From assembly GCA_013239625.1 (NCBI GenBank), contig MU054323.1:16062029-16126028 (forward strand): DNA of 64,000 nt, written 5' to 3'. Shown one piece after another: positions 38,444 through 64,000 of the stretch (its first letter is position 1; every line of letters starts with the position of its first letter). The translations under genes were made by a program, and so were the position numbers. The DNA comes from Lama guanicoe. Lineage: Eukaryota. The notes beneath the pieces are model-generated. The model searched no databases and was not told the DNA's origin. It worked only from the letters and a program-made list of their open reading frames with translations.

Positions 38444-40203
38444 TATTGAAGAGTCTGTTCTTTCTTTATTGTAAATTCTTGCCTTCTTTGTTGTAGAATA
38501 ATTTATCATAGGTGTGTGGGTTTATTTCTGGGCTCTCTATTCTGTTCTATTGATCTATGTGTCTGCTTTTGTGCCAGCACCATGCTGTTTTGATTATTGT
38601 TGCTTTATGGTATAGTCTGAAGTCTGGGAGAATGATGCCTTCAGCTTTGTTCTTTTTTCTCAAGATAGCCTTGGCAATTTGGGGTCATTCATGGTTCCAT
38701 ATAAATTTTAGTTTTGTTCTAGTTCTGTGAAAAATATCATGGGTTTTTTTTGATAGGGATTGCATTAAATCTGTAGATTGCTTTGGGTAGTATGGACATT
38801 TAAACAGTATTAATTTTTTCAATCCAAGAACACAGGATATCTTTCCATTTCTTTGTATCATTTTCAGATTCCTTCATGAGTATTTTATAGTTTTCAGAGT
38901 ATAGGTCTTTCACTTACTTAGTAAAGTTTGTCTAGGTATTTTATTCTTTTTTATGTGATTTTAAATGAGGTGTTTTTACTTTCTGATAGTTTGTTATTAG
39001 TGTTTAGAAAAGCAAGAGTTTTGTGTATTAATCTTACACCCTGCAGCTTTCCTCAATTCATTTATTAGTTCCAGTAGTTTTTTGGTGGAGACTAGGGTTT
39101 TCTATATATAGTGTCATGTCGTCTGCAAATAGGGACAGTTTTACCACCCCCCTTCCAATTTGGATGCCTTTTACTTCCGTTTCTTTTCTGATTGCTGTGG
39201 CCAAGACTTCCAATTCTGTGTTAAATAGAAGTGAAGAAAGTGGGCATCCTTGCCTTGTTTCTGATTTTAGAGGAAAGGACGTTAGCTGTGGATTTGTCAT
39301 AAATGGCCTTTATTATGTTGACATATGTTCCCTGTTTATCAACTTTGATCAGAGTTTTTATCAATGAATGACTTAAATTTTGTCAGGTGCTTTTTCTGTG
39401 TCCATTGAAATGTGATTTTATCCTTTTGTTAATGTGGTGTATCACATAGATGGATTTGCGAACACTGAACTATCCTTGCATCCCTGGAACAAATCTCACT
39501 TGGCCATAGTGTATGATTCTTTTTATATATTGTTGGATTCAGTTTGCTAATATTTCATTGAGGGTTGTTGCATTTGTATTCATCAGAGCTGTTGGCTTGT
39601 GATTTTCTTTTTTTGTAGTGTCTTTACTAGGTGTTGGTACCAGGGTAGTGGTGGCCTTATAGAATGAATTTGAGTGTTCAGTCTTCAATCTTTTGGAATA
39701 GTTTGAGGAGAGGTATTAGCTCTTTTTCACATGTTTAGTAGAATTCCCCTGTGAAGCTGTCCTGTCCTGGACTTTCGTTTGCTGGGAGTTTTTTAAATTA
39801 CAAATTCAGTTTCACTGTTAGTAATTGGTCTGCTCAGATTGTCTATTTGATTTAGTATTGGCAGGTCGTATGTTTCTAGAAATTTGTCTGTTTTTTCTAG
39901 GTTGTCTCTCTGTGGTATTGCTTGTTATTTCTCCTCTTTCACTTCTTATTTTATTTGGGTCCTCTCTTTTTTCTTCTTGAGCCTGGCTAAAGGTTTGTCA
40001 ATGTTATCTTCTCAAAAAAACCAGCTCTTGGTTTCATTTATCTTTTATTTTGTTTTATTTGTTTCCTGTCTGATCTTTATTATTTCCTTCCACCTGCTGA
40101 TTTTGGGCTTTGTTCTTTTTCTAATTCCTTTAGGTAAGAGGTTAGGTTGTTTGTTTGAAATTTTTCTTGTTTCTTGAGGTAGGCCTTATACTGCTATAAA
40201 CTC
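38444..40203 (-). mobile_element. L1 ORF2 internal fragment (reverse-transcriptase region), degenerate
   Basis: Minus-strand peptide [13 protein letters not shown]...[17 protein letters not shown] (ORF 39058..39300); continuous antisense ORF2 sequence. Confidence 0.92.
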
Positions 40204-41194
40204 CAATAATCATTATTAAATTTCCAAATCTGGAAATGGGTTTGAGGGGTGGGAAGAGACTTAAACCTGACATGTACTTAAAACATCAGAGTAAATGCAG
40301 ACAACCTAGGAGGAATAATTTTCTAAATTGAGCTAATTCTCTTATTTCCCGGTAAGTGTCAAGATTTTGTTCTGTAAGTTCTCACTTTTTGGTTCACAGA
40401 AATTTTATATTAATACCAGATATATGGACTTTCTAAAGAATTGTTACATTAGCAACACAAATTTATAAGTTAGATTAAAGGAAAAGAATATTAGCCATAT
40501 GTCTTGAATTTATAGCATAACTGTTTTGGGGGTTTATTGGCAGAATGATGAATGCTTGCTTTATATTGTTTCTTTTGCTTAACTGGGAACAGGACCAGCA
40601 TTGTGTGTCTTACCCTAAAGTAAAGGAAGATGGAGGCCTTATTTTTCAGGTGCTGCCCAGCTTTGGACCATTCCTAGCCACCCTTATTCTATTTCCATAT
40701 TTATTTTCTTCTTTTGAGAACTTAGTTGGAAAACTTTTGGAAGATGAAAATGCCCATAGTTGGCCCTTCCCAATTCTTAATACTTTTTATGGTTAAGGGG
40801 GAGGAGTCCGGCAGTGCTTCTTAAACCTAGAAATTTTACTTTGATTCTATGTATTTAGCTTGTTTAAGTCTTCTGGCAGTTGCAATAGTTGAATATTTGA
40901 TGGCAGTTTCTGAAAAATTTACAGTTATAAATTATTACAAACTTTCATTCCAAAAAATGAGACCTGAGATAATTACCTCAAATTTTGTATAAAATTGTAA
41001 TAATGAATTGTTTTTTATTTTAGTCAGTTAAAAAAAAATCTGTGTTCTTAAATATAGCATTAGTTCCATTTACAAATACTATTTCCAAAAGAGTTTTGTT
41101 ACCAAGGCTTGGGAAAATAACACAACCAAATAAAATTTTCTTTGGAAACCTCTACTAGAGATAGGCTCACATTTTCTCATGGAAAAGTATGGTG

Positions 41195-43685
41195 ATATTT
41201 CTGGAAATACATTTTATTATCAAGCTTCTTTGAGGATATTTACAAAAAGTGGGATGTAACAAAAAATAAAAATGTACTAAACATTGCATTATAGACTACT
41301 TTGTACATTATCAAATGTTTCTAACAATAATTCTTATACAAATAGAACATGACTTCAAGACAAAAAAAGGTTATGCAGGTTATACAGTAACTGGAGAAAT
41401 TATTCAACTCCAAATTATCTGACAGTGCTTTTACAATTTTTTTTTTAAAGAAAACTCAGGCATTCAACAACAAAAACAAAAAAGAGTGCAATTAATTTCA
41501 TGGCTTGTAAAGTTTGATTATATAAGTATAGCAAACAGACATCATTCCAGTTAATTTTCATCTTATGCAGTAAAACCACAACAGGGTGCCTAATGACTCA
41601 GAATTACTTTGTTTTAGCATACTGATATAAATAGTTATTATTTTGGAGAAATTTGGAGAAGTCATCCTCTGTCACAAGGAAAATAATACATCTCCAAAAA
41701 TTTTAAATTCCTATATGAGAATGAAATACTGAGAGACATTGTGGAATGTCACCTAGAGATATGTAGGGGTAGGCAGTATAGCAGAATGGTTATCAGGGTC
41801 GTAAGAGGGACTCTGGAGCTACAATGCCCGGGTTCAAATCCACATCCCAACTGCACCTTCAGCAGCTGGTTACATAATCTCCCTGTGCCTCCATTTCCTT
41901 ATCTGAGAGATAGGGTTCATAATGCACTTACCTCATGGCTGTTGTGAGGTAAATTAAAACGTGTAAGACGCTCACAAAGGAGCACTGCATGTTTGCTTGT
42001 GTTCTCTCAAGTTATGTTTTTCTTCCTAGATGGGGAGTAGTTTCAAGGCTCTCTAGAGGCCATCTCAGTCTTAGTCTGTTGACAAGAAGAGCATTCCTTT
42101 CCTTTGCTAGCTCCAATTCAGTGGGCAGTGACAAGTTAACAGTTTTATAATTTTTAGTTTATTGAATATGTTCATAAATACCTGATCTTCACAACCAAAT
42201 GTGAAGAAGGTAGAGGCAAGAATTACAGTCTTCATCATACAGACTGAGGAACTCGAGGCTCAGACAGACCGTCACTTGCCCAGGCCAATGCAGCCAGTAA
42301 GGAATGGAGCCAGATTTTTCGACTCCACATCTGTTGCTCTTTTTGGAGGGGGAAAAATAGTTTACAATGATTAACAAGGAATGAAGAAGTAAAAGACTAC
42401 TAGGTTTTTTATAAGTGGATAGTCCCAGATCTTTACCTTTTTTTATGGGAGAGGAGAATTATTAGTAACATTTTAAAAACTATGAAAAAGTCTAATACTA
42501 TATCTGGGTTAAAAAAAAAGATTCTTTCGCTGGCTGCTGGAGTTGAAATGTTAAAGAAACCCAAAAACTTATTCTTCTATTTGCTCAGCTGATAATATAG
42601 CCCTTTTCTTATAAACTGTTCCATGTTTCAGCCCAACCATGCCCTCAAACTGCTTAATGTTTTTATCAAATATCTGTAAAGCTTTCCAAGCTTTTCTAAG
42701 CTGTAAGCTAAGGGAAGAAAGGATACTGTTTGCTGTTCTTTTCTAGAGCATTAACTAACTCTGCACTGGCCTTACTTTTAGCATGTATTTAATTTTCTTC
42801 CTCAAGTTATTCAACCCCGTGTACAGATAAATTGTGTACTTAAGAGTTCAGATCTATACCCACTGAATGCTGGAATCCCATTGTGGCATCACAGCGGCAT
42901 CAGTGGGATGTGAGTCTTTAGCAGCAGAGTTGAGCTATAAGAAAGCATACAAGACAACTCAGCACTTAGACCAGCAGTTCCTACTCCTGGTTTTGTACAA
43001 TCAGTTGTCCCAAATTATCTTAGAGACTGTTGCAACATACAAAAAGATGACAACTTAGTTTTTATGTTGTGAAGAACATATTCAGAATTCCAACTCCAAA
43101 AAGGTTAAGGATCACTGTTTTGGTAAAAGAAGGTAAAGCAGTCCAGCACTCCTGTTCTAGGTGTCTAGGAAAATCCCCTCGATGCTTCCATGGTCAGTTA
43201 AACAAATGTTTAAAGTCCTTATAGGAAATGGCATGCTGGCAGCCTCTCAGTTATCGTGTAAATGCAAATGTGTTTAATAACCAACCTGCAACTCTTGTAT
43301 GATCTGGTCAAGCTATGCAATAACTGGACTCCAGCCTGCCTTTTCCTCCTTTAAAAACATACAAGAACAGGAAAGGGAAGATAAATTAAGTGCCACTATT
43401 GTACTAAAGTGAAGGATTAGGAAAAAATACAAAAACCAGTTATTGCTGATGCTATAAAAATTTATGAAAAGCTTCACCTTGGGTTCCATTATGTGTTTTT
43501 ATTACTCAGACTCCCCTCTTGTACCTGCTCATTATAAACTACAGTATTGGTGTCACTAATTCTTTACCATATCTCCTCATGTCTTTGCATCCTTTCAGAT
43601 GACAACCTACGGAGAACAAAAGTTGTGCAGGAAGTATCAGTCCATAACATGAAATCCTTCCTTGCTGAAGTTAGCTCACTGATAA
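41195..43685 (-). other. PRKD3: Probable PRKD3 3'UTR (~2.5 kb), candidate AATAAA at 41213-41218
   Basis: TTTATT on + at 41213-41218, preceded in the transcript by a U-rich block with TGTAAATA (41237-41244); 3' end is inferred. Confidence 0.6.
41765..41990. mobile_element. MIR SINE inside the PRKD3 3'UTR
   Basis: gggttcaaatcc...ctccctgtgcctccatttccttatctg...acctcatggctgttgtgagg (MIR core). Confidence 0.7.
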
Positions 43686-63308
<19,623 letters not shown>

Positions 63309-64000
63309 CTAAAAAATATTTAAAATTTATGCAAATATTTATAATTTCAATAAAAAAGTCATAAATATTGTAAGCTGCTCAAGCCTTTTGAAAGATAATT
63401 AGGCTAACATTCTTTAAAATATCTTAGGAAGACAAACAATTCTTCTTCTTAAGAAGAAAATAAATTAATCCTGTTATGAAGATACATAGTTAATTTATAA
63501 AAGGCCAAGATTCTATTGTTAGTCATCATCACTTGTCATCAATATTTTCTGGAGGGTCACAAGATATAAGAAAACAACGAAGAGAGCAGCAAGAATCCTC
63601 CCCAAATGGAAAATCTGGAGCCTGGGAGAGGGTCTCATTTGGGACTTCTGCTGAGGAATCTCCTGCCCTAGGCAGCAAGATAAATTAGTAAATTCATAAC
63701 GAGGCAAAAAGCAAGCATATCTATACCTCAATTCACACGGTTCAAATGTCAAACTCTACTATTCATGTTGTTAGTAAAAAGTACTTATAGTAGAAGATAC
63801 TGAAAGAGAAATCATTTACGGATATTGATTAAGAAAACAAAAACAACAAATAATTTGGGGGATGTGTGTGAAAAACACACTGTTTTTCAATTTGAATCTC
63901 AAATAGTTAAATACTTTCTCTTAAATTATAAAGTACCTATGACTGGGAAACTAGCTAAATTCTCTTAATAGTCTCCAAATTGGGTAAACTTTGAGTTTTA

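Noticed and set aside
39058..39300. Reverse-transcriptase ORF (FADD motif) as an active or novel RT system
   Set aside because: Short fragment of a decayed L1 ORF2 with deletions and frameshifts.

Overview
Mammalian genomic DNA, probably a camelid: two Vic-1-like tRNA-derived SINEs are present, and I saw no Alu, B1, Bov-tA or Can-SINE. The window is the CEBPZOS-CEBPZ-NDUFAF7-PRKD3 locus. It holds the last three coding exons of the microprotein gene CEBPZOS (+), complete CEBPZ (-, 16 coding exons, 1055 aa), complete NDUFAF7 (+, 10 coding exons, 441 aa) and the last 11 coding exons of PRKD3 (-, PH and kinase domains) with its ~2.5 kb 3'UTR. All exons were read by hand and join in frame through GT-AG junctions. 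CEBPZ and NDUFAF7 share a 138-bp CpG-island bidirectional promoter. CEBPZOS and CEBPZ overlap tail-to-tail, with the candidate CEBPZ poly(A) signals lying on the CEBPZOS splice acceptor and coding sequence. The introns carry L1, L2, MIR, hAT-Charlie and Tigger-family relics. Several have readable target-site duplications, including a 5'-inverted L1 and a tailless, apparently internally primed L1. I found no convincing new biological system; the findings are overlap/regulatory features and retrotransposition oddities. Gene and repeat family names come from recalled sequences, not database searches, and repeat boundaries are approximate unless a TSD or TIR is quoted.
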